Positions 43,336-53,708 of a stretch of 63,000 bases of DNA are shown piece after piece. Position numbers and translations under genes: made by a program. Below the pieces are notes generated by a model, which ran no database searches, was not told the DNA's origin, and saw only the letters and a list, made by a program, of their open reading frames with translations. Within the stretch, counting starts at the first letter, position 1; every line of letters begins with the position of its first letter. The stretch spans positions 1 to 63,000 of the forward strand of contig JBBPYG010000022.1 of assembly GCA_038200085.1 (NCBI GenBank). Direction: 5' to 3'. This DNA comes from Candidatus Limnocylindria bacterium. Its GTDB lineage: Bacteria; Chloroflexota; Limnocylindria; P2-11E.

Positions 43336-44949
43336 GTGGCAGGCGCCGGGCTGCCCCGACCTACGACGGCCGGGGCGGGACCCGGTGCGCCGCCCAGGAC
43401 GACGCGCGAGACGATCGCGATCCTCGACTACGGGTCGCAGTACACGCAGCTCATCGCGCGCCGCGTGCGCGAGTCGCGCGTCTATTGCGAGATCTTTCCG
43501 CACGACGTGACCGCGCCCGAGCTGCGCGAGCGGGGCGTCGCGGGCGTGATCCTCTCCGGCGGACCCGCGAGTGTCTACGCCGCCGCGGCGCCGCGGATCG
43601 ACCCGGCGATCCTTTCGGGCGAATTCCGCGTTCTCGGCATCTGCTACGGGATGCAGCTGATGACCCTCACGCTCGGAGGCGAGGTCGGCGCCGAGGGGAC
43701 GAGCGAATTTGGCCCAGCCGCGCTCGAGATCACCGATCCGTCCGGGCTGTTCGAGGGCCTCGGGGCGAGCGAACGCGCGTGGATGAGCCACGGCGACTCG
43801 GTCCGGGCGCTGCCCGCGGGTTTCCACGCCACCGCGCGGACGTCGCGCCTCCCGATCGCGGCGATGAGCGATGGCGAGCGCCGCTTCGGGTTGCTGTTCC
43901 ACCCGGAGGTCGTGCATACCCCGCGCGGCGCGGAGGTGATCCGCAACTTCCTGTTCCGCGTCTGCGGTTGCGCCGGCGACTGGACGCCGGCCGCGTTCGT
44001 CGACGAGGCGGTCGAGGAGCTGCGCCGCACCATGGGCGACCGGCACGCGATCTGCGCCCTCTCCGGCGGCGTCGATTCCGCGGTGGCCGCGGCACTTGTC
44101 GCGCGCGCCATCGGGGACCGCCTCACGTGCGTCTTCATCGACACTGGTCTGCTGCGCGAGGGTGAGGGGGCGCAGGTCGTCGCGACGTTCGGCCCGCGCC
44201 TGCGCCTCGTCGCGGTCGACGCGTCCGAGCGGTTCCTCAGCAAGCTCGCGGGCGAGGCCGACCCGGAGCGCAAGCGCGCGATCATCGGCGAGGAGTTCGT
44301 GCGCTGCTTCGAGGAGGCCGCGCTGCGTCACCTGCCGGCCGATGCCTCGAACGGGCGATCTCTAATGGTGCAGGGGACGATCTATCCCGACGTCATCGAG
44401 TCGCGCTCGCGCGAATCGATGACGAGCGTGCGCATCAAGACGCACCACAACGTGGGCGGGCTGCCTGAAGTCATGGCGCTCACGGTCGTCGAGCCCCTGC
44501 GCCGCCTGTTCAAGGACGAGGTGCGGCGCGTCGGCGCGGAGCTCGGCATCCCCGAGGACATCCTGTGGCGGCATCCGTTCCCCGGCCCCGGCCTGGCCGT
44601 GCGCGTCGTCGGACCGGTGGACCGACCCTCGCTCGATGCCCTGCGGCGCTGCGACGCGATCTTCCTCGAGGAGCTGCGCGCCGCGGGCCTGTACCGCGAC
44701 ATCGCGCAGGCGTTCGCCGTGCTGACGCCCGTGCGCAGCGTCGGCGTGATGGGCGACGGGCGCACGTACGGATCCCTCGCGGCGCTGCGCGCGGTGACCA
44801 CCGAGGACTTCATGACGGCGGACTGGGCGCGGCTTCCGTACGATCTGCTCGCGCGGGTGTCCGCGCGCATCGTCAACGAGGTGCCCGAGGTGAACCGCGT
44901 CGTGTACGACATCTCGAGCAAGCCGCCGGCGACGATCGAATGGGAGTGA
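43336..44949 (+). CDS. guaA: GMP synthase (glutamine-hydrolysing)
   Basis: ILDYGSQYTQLIARRVRE, GICYGMQL, CALSGGVDSAVAA, HHNVGGLP, and C-terminal PPATIEWE. The N-terminal extension from GTG 43336 is uncertain. Confidence 0.95.
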   Translation: MAGAGLPRPTTAGAGPGAPPRTTRETIAILDYGSQYTQLIARRVRESRVYCEIFPHDVTAPELRERGVAGVILSGGPASVYAAAAPRIDPAILSGEFRVLGICYGMQLMTLTLGGEVGAEGTSEFGPAALEITDPSGLFEGLGASERAWMSHGDSVRALPAGFHATARTSRLPIAAMSDGERRFGLLFHPEVVHTPRGAEVIRNFLFRVCGCAGDWTPAAFVDEAVEELRRTMGDRHAICALSGGVDSAVAAALVARAIGDRLTCVFIDTGLLREGEGAQVVATFGPRLRLVAVDASERFLSKLAGEADPERKRAIIGEEFVRCFEEAALRHLPADASNGRSLMVQGTIYPDVIESRSRESMTSVRIKTHHNVGGLPEVMALTVVEPLRRLFKDEVRRVGAELGIPEDILWRHPFPGPGLAVRVVGPVDRPSLDALRRCDAIFLEELRAAGLYRDIAQAFAVLTPVRSVGVMGDGRTYGSLAALRAVTTEDFMTADWARLPYDLLARVSARIVNEVPEVNRVVYDISSKPPATIEWE

Positions 44950-45067
44950 GCCGCGTGAGTTGGCGCTCTCCTCGGCACGGCGTGGCGCGCGCGAGGCGAG
45001 CGGACGGATCGCCGCGAACGTCCGGACCCCATGGCCCCGCGGCGCGCGAGCGGCGAACGGACCAGGC

Positions 45068-46426
45068 GTGAAACGGCTGCTCGGACGCGACAAGGTATTC
45101 GACCTCATCCGCGAGCAGCGCGCTGCGCGCAGCCCGGGCCGCGGCGCGGGCGCGCCGGGGCTCAACTGCCTCGTCGTTGGCGGCGACGGGCGCGCGTACG
45201 CGATCGCGTGGCGCCTCGCGCGCGACGCGAGCGTCACGACGATCGACGCGGTCCCGGGCAACGGCGGCATGGCGCTCTTCGCGCGCGTGCTCGACATCCC
45301 CGCGGACGGCGATGCGCTCGAGCAGCACGTCGCCTCCGCGCGCATCGACCTCGCGATCGTGGGGCCCGACGACCTCGTCGCGGCGGGACTTGGCGACCGC
45401 CTGCGGCGCGCCGGGATCGCGGTCGTGGCCCCCTCGCGCGACGCCGCGAAGATCGAGTGGAGCAAGCGCTTCGCGAAGGAGCTGATGGACGAGGCGGGGG
45501 TGCCGACCGCCGCCTGGACCGCGTACCCAGGCGTCGCGGCCGCGCGCGAAGCGCTCGAAGGGCGCGACGGACCCGTCGTGGTGAAGGCGGACGGCCTCGC
45601 GCGCGGCAAGGGCGTCGTCGTCGCCGGCGACCGCGCGGCGGCGCTCGCCGCGCTCGATGCCAGCGAACTCCAGCACGGCGCGGTCCTCCTCGAGGAGCCG
45701 CTCGCCGGCGAGGAGGCGTCATTGCAGACGCTCGTCGACGGCGAGACCGTCGTCGCGCTTCCGCCCGCGCGCGACCACAAGCGCGCCGGCGACGGCGACA
45801 CCGGCCCGAACACCGGAGGCATGGGCGCCGTCTCCCCGACGTCGGTCTTGCCCGACGACGAGGCGCGCGACGTGGCCGAGGCGACGGTGGCGCCCGTCGC
45901 GCGGGCGCTCGCCCGCCGCGGCACACCGTATCGCGGGGTGCTGTACGCGGGGCTGATGCGCACCGCTGGCGGCTTCGCCGTGCTCGAGTACAACGCGCGG
46001 TTCGGCGATCCCGAGGCGGAGGTGGTACTCCCGCGCGTCGAAGGCGACTTCGCCGGCCTGATGCGGGCGCTCGGCGACGGCAGGCTCGCTGAGCACGTCG
46101 CGGCCTCTCCGCCGCGATTCAGCGAGCGCGCGTACGTCGACGTGGTCGTGTGCGCGGAGGGCTATCCCGGGACCCCGCGCACCGGCGATCGCGTGCTGGG
46201 CCTCGAGGACCTTCCCGACGGCGTGTACGCGTTCCACGGCGCGACGCGCCGCACGCCTGATGGCACCGTCGCGACGACCGGAGGGCGCGCGGTGCACGTC
46301 GTCGCGGGTGGCGAGAGTGTCGGCGCCGCGCGGATCCTCGCCTACGAAGCGGCCGCGCGCATCCGCTTTCCGGGGGCCTTCTACCGGCATGACATCGCCG
46401 CGCGGGAAGCGGTGCCGGTCTCGTGA
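45068..46426 (+). CDS. purD: Phosphoribosylamine-glycine ligase
   Basis: VVGGDGRAYAIAW...PGNGG...VVKADGLARGKGV...DHKR.GDGD.GPNTGGMG...YAGLM. Start (GTG 45068) uncertain. Confidence 0.9.
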   Translation: MKRLLGRDKVFDLIREQRAARSPGRGAGAPGLNCLVVGGDGRAYAIAWRLARDASVTTIDAVPGNGGMALFARVLDIPADGDALEQHVASARIDLAIVGPDDLVAAGLGDRLRRAGIAVVAPSRDAAKIEWSKRFAKELMDEAGVPTAAWTAYPGVAAAREALEGRDGPVVVKADGLARGKGVVVAGDRAAALAALDASELQHGAVLLEEPLAGEEASLQTLVDGETVVALPPARDHKRAGDGDTGPNTGGMGAVSPTSVLPDDEARDVAEATVAPVARALARRGTPYRGVLYAGLMRTAGGFAVLEYNARFGDPEAEVVLPRVEGDFAGLMRALGDGRLAEHVAASPPRFSERAYVDVVVCAEGYPGTPRTGDRVLGLEDLPDGVYAFHGATRRTPDGTVATTGGRAVHVVAGGESVGAARILAYEAAARIRFPGAFYRHDIAAREAVPVS

Positions 46427-46571
46427 CGCCGCTGGCCGTGAGCATCGAGGCAGCAATGTGCTGTTTCATCACGCGATCCCGCGATCGATGGCTGTCTGAT
46501 GAGCGCAGGTCGCGAGCGGAGGAAGTGATGTGTAGCTCGGAACGCGCGACCGCGCGAACGGTGAGCCGATC

Positions 46572-47051
46572 GTGAGCGCCCGTGTCGCCATCGTCATGGG
46601 GTCCGCATCGGACCGCGAGGTCATGCAGGTCGCCGCGCAGACGCTCGACGGACTGGGCGTCGAGACCGATGTGCGCGTGCTCTCCGCCCATCGCACGCCC
46701 GACGCGCTGCACGCGTGGGCGCGGGGACTCGAGGGGAAAGGCGTCAAGGTCGTCATAGCCGGGGCCGGCGGCGCCGCGCACCTCGCCGGCGCGGTCGCTG
46801 CCGTCACGACGCTCCCCGTGATCGGCGTTCCCCTGGCATCCCCGAACGCGATCGCGGGCGGCCTCGACGCGCTGCTCTCCACCGTGCAGATGCCGCGCGG
46901 CGTGCCCGTCGCCACGGTCGCGGTCGGGGAGTCAGGCGCCGCGAACGCGGGCATCCTCGCGGCGCAGATCCTCGCGACGGGCGATCCGGCGCTCGCCGAA
47001 CGCGTGTCGGCCCTGCGCGAATCGATGGCGGAGAAGGTCCTGCGCGGATGA
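46572..47051 (+). CDS. purE: N5-carboxyaminoimidazole ribonucleotide mutase (class I PurE)
   Basis: [10 protein letters not shown]...VLSAHRTP...[12 protein letters not shown]...PVIGVP. Confidence 0.95.
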   Translation: MSARVAIVMGSASDREVMQVAAQTLDGLGVETDVRVLSAHRTPDALHAWARGLEGKGVKVVIAGAGGAAHLAGAVAAVTTLPVIGVPLASPNAIAGGLDALLSTVQMPRGVPVATVAVGESGAANAGILAAQILATGDPALAERVSALRESMAEKVLRG

Positions 47052-48454
47052 CGCTGCACGACCGCTTCGACGCCGTCTCGCCTCTCGACTCGCGCTTCTA
47101 TGGCGGCGACGCGGAGCTGTACGCGGCGCTGCATCCGTACCTGTCCGAGGAAGGGGCGGTGGGCGCGATGGCGCGCGCGGAGAGCGCTCTGGCCCGCGCG
47201 CTCGCGCAGGAGGGCGTCGCGCCGCGCGAGGCCGCGGAGGCGATCGCGTCCGCCGCGCATGGGATCGGCGCCGCCGAGGTGTACGCGGAGGAGGCGCGCG
47301 TGGGCCACAACGTGCGCGCGCTGGTGAACCTCATCCGCGAGCGCGTGCCGGAGGACGCGCGGCGCTTCGTGCACCTGGGCGCGACCTCGATGGACATCGT
47401 CGACACCGCCAACGCCTGGCGGTACCGCGAGTGCGTCACCCGCGTGGTGCTGCCGCGGCTCGGCGTGCTCGCGGCGCGCCTCATCGCGCTCGCCGAGAAC
47501 GAGGCGGACACCGCTCAGGCCGGCCGCACCCACGGCCAGCACGCCGTGCCGATCACGTTCGGGTTCGCCGCCGCCGAGTACGTGAGCCGCCTCGGCGGAC
47601 GGATCGAGCGCGTGCGTGACGCCGCGGCGCGGCTGCGCGGGAAGCTGTCGGGCGCGGTCGGCGCGCACAACGCGGCCTCGCTGCTGGTGCCCGATCCGCG
47701 CGCGCTGGAGGTCCGCTACCTCGCCTCGCTTGGGCTCGAGCCCGGGCCGCACTCGACGCAGATCGTCGAGCCCGAGGCCTGGGCCGACCTCGCGCACGCG
47801 CACGTCACCTGCCTCGGCGTGATGGCGAACTTCGCCGACGACATGCGCCACCTGCAGCGGACGGAGATAGCGGAGATCGCGGAGGGGTTCGGCGCGCGCC
47901 AGGTCGGCTCATCGACGATGCCCCAGAAGCGCAACCCCGTCGCGTTCGAGAACGTGAAGTCGATCTGGAAGGCGTTCATGCCGCGCGTCGTCACGAACTA
48001 CATGGACCAGATCAGCGAGCACCAGCGCGACCTCACCAACTCGGCCTCGCAGCGATTCACGGGGGAGATCCTCGCGGCCACGGCGTACGCGGCGACGCGG
48101 CTGGCCGCGTCACTCGACGGCATCCGCGTCGACCGCGAGCGGATGGCCGCGAACCTTGCCCTTTCCCGGGGCGGCATCGCGGCCGAGGCGCTATACGTCC
48201 TGCTCGCGAAGCACGGGCACGCGGACGCGCACGAGGCCGTGCGGAGCCTGACGCTGGAGGCCGACCGCGCGGCCATGCCGCTCCTCGTCGTGGCCGCCCG
48301 CGACGGCGATGTCGGCGCGCTGGTGGCGAAGATGGCGCCCGGCGAGCGCGCGATGCTCGAGCGTCCCGAGGAGTACCGCGGCCTCGCGCCCGAGATCGCG
48401 CGCGAGGTCGCCGCGACCTGGCGCGCGCGACTCGCGGAGTTCCTGCCCGAATGA
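47048..48454 (+). CDS. purB: Adenylosuccinate lyase
   Basis: [46 protein letters not shown] overlap with purE. Confidence 0.95.
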   Translation: MTLHDRFDAVSPLDSRFYGGDAELYAALHPYLSEEGAVGAMARAESALARALAQEGVAPREAAEAIASAAHGIGAAEVYAEEARVGHNVRALVNLIRERVPEDARRFVHLGATSMDIVDTANAWRYRECVTRVVLPRLGVLAARLIALAENEADTAQAGRTHGQHAVPITFGFAAAEYVSRLGGRIERVRDAAARLRGKLSGAVGAHNAASLLVPDPRALEVRYLASLGLEPGPHSTQIVEPEAWADLAHAHVTCLGVMANFADDMRHLQRTEIAEIAEGFGARQVGSSTMPQKRNPVAFENVKSIWKAFMPRVVTNYMDQISEHQRDLTNSASQRFTGEILAATAYAATRLAASLDGIRVDRERMAANLALSRGGIAAEALYVLLAKHGHADAHEAVRSLTLEADRAAMPLLVVAARDGDVGALVAKMAPGERAMLERPEEYRGLAPEIAREVAATWRARLAEFLPE

Positions 48455-48512
48455 CCACGAACACCCGCGGGTCCGGCGGCCCGGACCTGACGGCGGCGGA
48501 TGGGGAAGTGAC

Positions 48513-49400
48513 ATGACCGCGACGCTCGTACGTTCCCAGATCCCGGGCGCGGCGCTGTTCCGCGAAGGCAAGGTCCGCGAGGTGTACGAGGCCGGCGAAG
48601 AGGCGCTCGTGATCGTCGCGAGCGACAGGCTCTCCGCCTTTGACGTCGTCCTGCCGACGCCGATCCCCGACAAGGGGCGCGTCCTCACGCAGCTCTCGAA
48701 CTTCTGGTTCGGACGGACCGCGGGCGTCGTCCCGAATCACCTCGTGGAGACCGACCTCGCGCGTTTCCCCGAGCCTTTCGCCTCCCGGCCGGAACTCGAG
48801 GGGCGCGCGGTGCTGGTGCGGCGCTGCGACCGGGTCGACATCGAATGCGTGGCCCGCGGCTACCTCGCCGGATCCGGCTGGGCCGAGTACCGGCAGAGCG
48901 GCACGCTCGCCGGCGAGCCGCTGCCGCGCGGCCTCGAGGAGTCGGCGCAGCTCCGCGAGCCCGTCTTTACTCCCGCGACGAAGGCCGTCACCGGGCACGA
49001 CGAGAACATCTCCCGCGCGCAGCTGGCCGCGCTGGTGGGTCGCGGGCTTGCCGAACGGCTCGAGGAGGTCACGCTGGCTCTTTACCGCCACGCGCACGCG
49101 TACGCGCTCGGGCGCGGGCTCGTGCTGGCGGACACGAAGTTCGAGTTCGGCTTCGCGGGCGACGAGCTGCTGCTCATCGACGAGACGCTGACACCCGACT
49201 CCTCGCGGTACTGGGACTCGCGCACGTACCGCCCGGGCGCTTCCCCGCCGTCGTACGACAAGCAGTTCGTGCGCGATTTCCTCGTGCGGAGCGGCTGGGA
49301 CCGCGAGCCGCCGGGACCCGCCCTTCCGGAGGACGTGGTGGCCGGCACGAGCGAGCGCTATCGCGAGTGTTACCGGCTGCTCACCGGGTCCGCGCTCTGA
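48513..49400 (+). CDS. purC: SAICAR synthase
   Basis: GKVREVY...ASDRLSAFD...LADTKFEFG...LIDE.LTPDSSR.W. Confidence 0.95.
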   Translation: MTATLVRSQIPGAALFREGKVREVYEAGEEALVIVASDRLSAFDVVLPTPIPDKGRVLTQLSNFWFGRTAGVVPNHLVETDLARFPEPFASRPELEGRAVLVRRCDRVDIECVARGYLAGSGWAEYRQSGTLAGEPLPRGLEESAQLREPVFTPATKAVTGHDENISRAQLAALVGRGLAERLEEVTLALYRHAHAYALGRGLVLADTKFEFGFAGDELLLIDETLTPDSSRYWDSRTYRPGASPPSYDKQFVRDFLVRSGWDREPPGPALPEDVVAGTSERYRECYRLLTGSAL

Positions 49401-49497
49401 ACGCGCCGCGCGCGGACGGGATGGCGGGCGACACCGCGCGGTCCACGCGTAGCGCCCGCAAGGGCCAACGCCGGCAGGCGGCCGCGAGGCAGCTAGC

Positions 49498-49761
49498 GTG
49501 ACGGCCTTCGTGGCGACGATCCACGTCCGGCCGAAGGACGAGGTCCGCGATCCGCAAGGTGAGGCTGTGGCGGGCGCGCTGCGCGCGCTCGGGGTGCCGG
49601 TCGACGACGTGCGCACCGGCAAGGAGATCGTCGTGCGCTTCGATGCGGCCGACGAGACGGGCGCGCTCGAGGCGGCGCGCCGGATGGGGGACCAGCTCCT
49701 CGCCAACCCCGTGATCGAGCGCTTCGAGGTGCAGCTGGGCCGCGACGGGATGCGGTCGTGA
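49498..49761 (+). CDS. purS: FGAM synthase subunit PurS
   Basis: 87 aa. VRPKDEVRDPQGEAV..AL..LG, and LANPVIE. Confidence 0.9.
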   Translation: MTAFVATIHVRPKDEVRDPQGEAVAGALRALGVPVDDVRTGKEIVVRFDAADETGALEAARRMGDQLLANPVIERFEVQLGRDGMRS

Positions 49762-50468
49762 GGGCGGCCATCCTTCGCTACCCGGGGACGTGGAGCGAGC
49801 GTGACTTCGCGCACGCGCTCGGGGTCCTGGGGGTCCGATCCGAGATCGTGTGGCACGCCGACGCCGACCTCGCGGGCTTCGACGCGGCGATCGTGCCGGG
49901 CGGCTTCTCGTACGGCGACTACCTGCGGGCCGGCGCGATCGCGCGCATCTCGCCCGGCACCGCCGAGCTCCGGCGCTTCGCCGACGCCGGCGGGCTCGTG
50001 CTCGGCTCGTGCAATGGGTTCCAGATCCTGTGCGAGGCGGGGCTCCTGCCGGGAGCGCTCGTGCGCAATGCCGGTCTCGAGTTCCGGTGCGACTGGGTCG
50101 GGCTCCGCGTCGAGAGCGAGGCGACGCCGTTCACCCGCGGCCTTGGCGGCGAGATCCTCCGCATGCCGATCGCGCACGGCGAGGGTTGCTGGGTGGCCGA
50201 CGAGGAGACCATGGCGGCGCTCGAGCGCGCGGGGCAGGTCGTGTTCCGCTACGTCGACGCGCGGGGCGCCGCGACGCCCGAGGCGAACCCCAACGGGTCG
50301 CTCCGCAACATCGCAGGCGTGCGCAACGGCGCCGGGAACGTGGTCGGCCTCATGCCGCATCCCGAGCGCTGCTCGGAGGATCTCCTCGGCGGCTCCGACG
50401 GCGCGCGCGTGCTGGCCTGCCTAGCGAGCGTGCGTGGGGCTACTGCGCCGGTGCCCGTCGGTATATAA
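49758..50468 (+). CDS. purQ: FGAM synthase glutaminase subunit PurQ
   Basis: PGGFSYGDYLR.GAIA, GSCNGFQIL, NPNGS...IAG, MPHPER. Confidence 0.95.
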   Translation: MRAAILRYPGTWSERDFAHALGVLGVRSEIVWHADADLAGFDAAIVPGGFSYGDYLRAGAIARISPGTAELRRFADAGGLVLGSCNGFQILCEAGLLPGALVRNAGLEFRCDWVGLRVESEATPFTRGLGGEILRMPIAHGEGCWVADEETMAALERAGQVVFRYVDARGAATPEANPNGSLRNIAGVRNGAGNVVGLMPHPERCSEDLLGGSDGARVLACLASVRGATAPVPVGI

Positions 50469-50474
50469 AAGGGT

Positions 50475-51326
50475 ATGGACCTGTTCGAGAGGCAGGCGCA
50501 GCTGCAGAATCTCTTCCACGCGAACCCCGTCGACGCCGCCTACGCCCAGGGGACGCCGTCGGGGCGGCGGATCGCGGGCGCGTACGCCGACCTGGATGTC
50601 GCCCTCCTGCTGCTCGACAAGATCAAGGTGAACGAGTTCTTCGACTACCAGGTCTATTTCGTCAGCGAGCTCTCCAAAGCGCTCGATACCGAGGGTCTCG
50701 ACGTCGTGATCCTGAACCAGTCCTCGCTGCTCCAACGCGCCCAGGTCATCAAGAGCTGGTCGCTCCTGTACCAGCGCGACCGCAAGCGACGGGTGGAGTT
50801 CGAGGCGCGGGCGGTGCTCGAGTACCTCGAGTTCCAGAAGTACGACGAGGCGCAGTCGCGCGCGCTCGCCGAGCGGATGCGGACGGAGCGCTTCGCGATC
50901 GACGGCGACTACGTTCGCCGCCGCCTCGCCCGGCTCCGCGAATACGTCGTCCTGCTCACCGACCTGCGCGCGATCGACCGTGCGAAGTTCCGATCCGATC
51001 CCAAGTTGTACGGCCTCGCGCAGTGGTACCTCCAGCAGGCCGTCGAGCTGCTCTTCGGGACCGGGGCGTACCTCGTGATGGCGCTCGCGCTGCCGAAGCC
51101 CGAGGCCTACCACGACATCCTCGACTCGATCGCCCAGCGCGGGATCATCGAGAAGAGCCTCGGCTACCGCCTCGAGCACTTCGCGAACATGCGCAACCTT
51201 CTCGCGTACGACCGCGAGCAGACGGATATCGACGAGGTCTACGGGCACATCCAGTCGCGCGTGGCGGACATCGCGACCTTCGCCGAGCAGGTCGAGACGT
51301 TCCTGGGAGCGTCCGCCGACTCATGA
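50475..51326 (+). CDS. Fused minimal nucleotidyltransferase (MntA-like) and HEPN/DUF86 (HepT-like) protein
   Basis: N-terminal half: GT-x11-DLDVALLL plus LDVVILN (NTase G[ST]...DxD...D pattern). C-terminal half: YHDILDSIAQRGIIEKSLGYRLEHFANMRNLLAYDREQTDIDEVY resembles the DUF86 block ...gfRNilvHeY..id.e.vy, but with His replaced by Tyr. Starts 6 nt after the purQ stop and overlaps the purL start (ATGA). Confidence 0.7.
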   Translation: MDLFERQAQLQNLFHANPVDAAYAQGTPSGRRIAGAYADLDVALLLLDKIKVNEFFDYQVYFVSELSKALDTEGLDVVILNQSSLLQRAQVIKSWSLLYQRDRKRRVEFEARAVLEYLEFQKYDEAQSRALAERMRTERFAIDGDYVRRRLARLREYVVLLTDLRAIDRAKFRSDPKLYGLAQWYLQQAVELLFGTGAYLVMALALPKPEAYHDILDSIAQRGIIEKSLGYRLEHFANMRNLLAYDREQTDIDEVYGHIQSRVADIATFAEQVETFLGASADS

Positions 51327-53530
51327 GCCCGTTCCCGGTCGTGGCCGGGACGGAGGCGGCGCAGCCTAACCAGGACATCCCGCGCGAAGTGGGCCTCACC
51401 GACTTCGAGGCCGGCCGCGTCCGCGAATTGCTGGGCCGCGAACCGAACGCGCTCGAGTGGGCGATGTTCGGCGCGATGTGGAGCGAGCACTGCGCGTACA
51501 AGCACAGCAGGCGGCTCCTGCGGACCCTGCCCACCAGCGGCGCGCGCGTCGCCGTCGGTCCCGGCGAGAACGCCGGCGCCGTCGACGTCGGCGGCGGCCT
51601 GTTATGCGTGTTCAAGGCGGAGAGCCACAACCACCCTTCGGCGGTCGAGCCCTTCCAGGGGGCGGCGACCGGTGTGGGCGGGATCCTGCGCGACATCTTC
51701 GCGATGGGCGCGCGCCCCGTCGCGCTCCTGAACGCGCTCGCGTTCGGCGATCCAGCCGAGGGATCGACGCGGCGCGCGGTGCGCGGCGTCGTCGGCGGGA
51801 TCTCCTTCTACGGCAACTGCGTCGGCATCCCCGACGTCGGCGGACACGTGTCCTTCGCACCCGCGTACGGCGGCAACCCGCTGGTGAACGCGATGTGCGT
51901 CGGCCTCGTGCCCGCCGACGGGCTCGCCTCCGCGGCGACCGCGAGGCCCGGGAGCGCGGTGTACCTGGTCGGCAGCGACACCGGCCGCGACGGCATCGCC
52001 GGCGCATCGCTCCTCGCTTCCTTCGAGCTGGGCTCCGGCGACGACGCGAAGCGGCCGTCGGTCCAGGTCGGCGATCCGTTCGTCGAGAAGCTGCTTCTCG
52101 AGGCGTGCCTCGAGCTCATCGGCGCCGGCGCGGTCGAGGCTATCCAGGACCTCGGCGCGGCGGGACTCTGCTGTGCCACGAGCGAGCTTGCCGCGCGCAG
52201 CGGCACCGGGATGCGCATCGACCTCGCCGCGGTGCCGCGGCGCGCGCGCGGCATGGCGCCGTTCGAGGTGATGCTCTCGGAGTCGCAGGAGCGGATGCTC
52301 GTCGTCGCGAGGCCCGGCCGGGAGGACGAGATCGAGCGCGTCTTCGCGCGCTGGGAGCTGCACGCGGCGCGCATCGGGGAGATCACCGCGGACCAGACGC
52401 TCGACGTCCGCGACGGGGGGGCCGCCGTCGCCTCGCTGCCGCCCGCAAAGCTCGCCGACGGCGCGCCCGAGTACGACATCGACGCGCTCGCCGACTCGTA
52501 CCGCGCGGAGCGCCGCGATGCGGCCGACATGTTCCGGGCGGGGGTGCGCGCGGACGCCGACATGAACGAGGAGGTGCTCCGCGTGCTCGCGTCTCCCGAG
52601 GTCGCCTCCCGCCGAGTCCTGTATCGCACGTACGACCAGATGGTCGGCACGGACACCGTGGTGGGACCCGGCGCGGACGCGGCGATCCTGCGCATCAAGG
52701 GGCGCGCGGACGGGATCGCCGTCGCGATCGACGCGCAGCCGCGCGCGGCATCGCGCGACCCCTACGTCGGAGCGGTCGCCGCGGTCGCCGAGGCCACCCG
52801 GAACCTCGTGTGCGTCGGCGCCGAGCCGCTGGCGATCACCGACTGCCTGAACCTGGGCAACCCCGAGCGAGCCCGCGGCGCGTGGGAGCTGCGCGAGACG
52901 GTGGCCGGGATCGGCGCGGCCTGCCGCGCGCTCGGCGTCCCAGTGGTCTCCGGGAACGTGAGCCTGTACAACGCGACCGGCGGCATCGACATCCCACCGA
53001 CGGCGGTGATCGGTGCGGTGGGACACGTTCCGGACGTCGCCGGGTACCTTGGCGCCGCCGCCGTCCGCGCGGGTGACGAGGTGCTGCTCGCCGGCAGCGT
53101 CCCGGTCGACGACTGGCTCGACGAGATGGACCTCGGGCTCGAGGTCCGCCTCCAGCGGTTCGTGCTCGCCGCGCACCGCGCCGGGCTGGCCCGCGCCGCG
53201 CATGACCGCGCCGAGGGTGGCCTCGCCGCCGCACTCGCCGAGATGTGCATCCGTGCGGGGATCGGTGCCGCCGCGACGCTTCCCGCGGTGCGCGGCGCGA
53301 GCACGGCGACGGCGCTCTTCGCCGAGTCGCCCTCGGGCATCGTGCTCGCCGCCGCACCGGCCGACACCGAGCTCCTGCGCGGCCTCGCGGCGGAGCACGA
53401 CGTCCCGCTCCGGACGCTCGGCGCGTTCGGCGGCGACGCGTTCGCGCTTGGCCCCGTGACGCTGTCGCTGCGCGCGATCGCCGACGCCCACGCCGAGGGG
53501 CTCGAGCGCGCTCTCGGACGCATCGGGTGA
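51323..53530 (+). CDS. purL: FGAM synthase II (PurL)
   Basis: EWAMFGAMWSEHCAYKHS, ENAGAVD, KAESHNHPSAVEPFQGAATGVGGILRD, ESQERML. Confidence 0.95.
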   Translation: MSPFPVVAGTEAAQPNQDIPREVGLTDFEAGRVRELLGREPNALEWAMFGAMWSEHCAYKHSRRLLRTLPTSGARVAVGPGENAGAVDVGGGLLCVFKAESHNHPSAVEPFQGAATGVGGILRDIFAMGARPVALLNALAFGDPAEGSTRRAVRGVVGGISFYGNCVGIPDVGGHVSFAPAYGGNPLVNAMCVGLVPADGLASAATARPGSAVYLVGSDTGRDGIAGASLLASFELGSGDDAKRPSVQVGDPFVEKLLLEACLELIGAGAVEAIQDLGAAGLCCATSELAARSGTGMRIDLAAVPRRARGMAPFEVMLSESQERMLVVARPGREDEIERVFARWELHAARIGEITADQTLDVRDGGAAVASLPPAKLADGAPEYDIDALADSYRAERRDAADMFRAGVRADADMNEEVLRVLASPEVASRRVLYRTYDQMVGTDTVVGPGADAAILRIKGRADGIAVAIDAQPRAASRDPYVGAVAAVAEATRNLVCVGAEPLAITDCLNLGNPERARGAWELRETVAGIGAACRALGVPVVSGNVSLYNATGGIDIPPTAVIGAVGHVPDVAGYLGAAAVRAGDEVLLAGSVPVDDWLDEMDLGLEVRLQRFVLAAHRAGLARAAHDRAEGGLAAALAEMCIRAGIGAAATLPAVRGASTATALFAESPSGIVLAAAPADTELLRGLAAEHDVPLRTLGAFGGDAFALGPVTLSLRAIADAHAEGLERALGRIG

Positions 53531-53708
53531 GGCGCACCTCGCCTCGCACGAGCGACTCGGATGGCTGGACCCGTGGCCCATCTCACGCTCTTGCGGCGTT
53601 CGGCCTGGCCCGCGTCGCCTCCCCGACGCGACACTTCATCGTGGGCACGGAGGTCCCGACGCGAGGGGCCTCGAGAAGTCCGCGGTCGAACGAAGGCGTT
53701 AGCTAGCC

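Noticed and set aside
46490-46530. CUGAUGA (hammerhead-like core) in the A/T-richer purD-purE spacer
   Set aside because: The sequence after the putative stem II reads GGAGGAAG rather than GAAA, and no helix I/III pairing or cleavage-site context could be drawn.
48057-50360. 767-aa ORF on the minus strand
   Set aside because: It is a shadow frame opposite purB, purC, purS and purQ, with low-complexity Arg/Pro/Ala composition.
49850-51322. N-terminal 491 codons of the 1226-aa ORF 49850..53530
   Set aside because: Only the part from ATG 51323 is PurL. The upstream extension overlaps purQ and the MntA-HepT-like gene in another frame and is Arg-rich nonsense.
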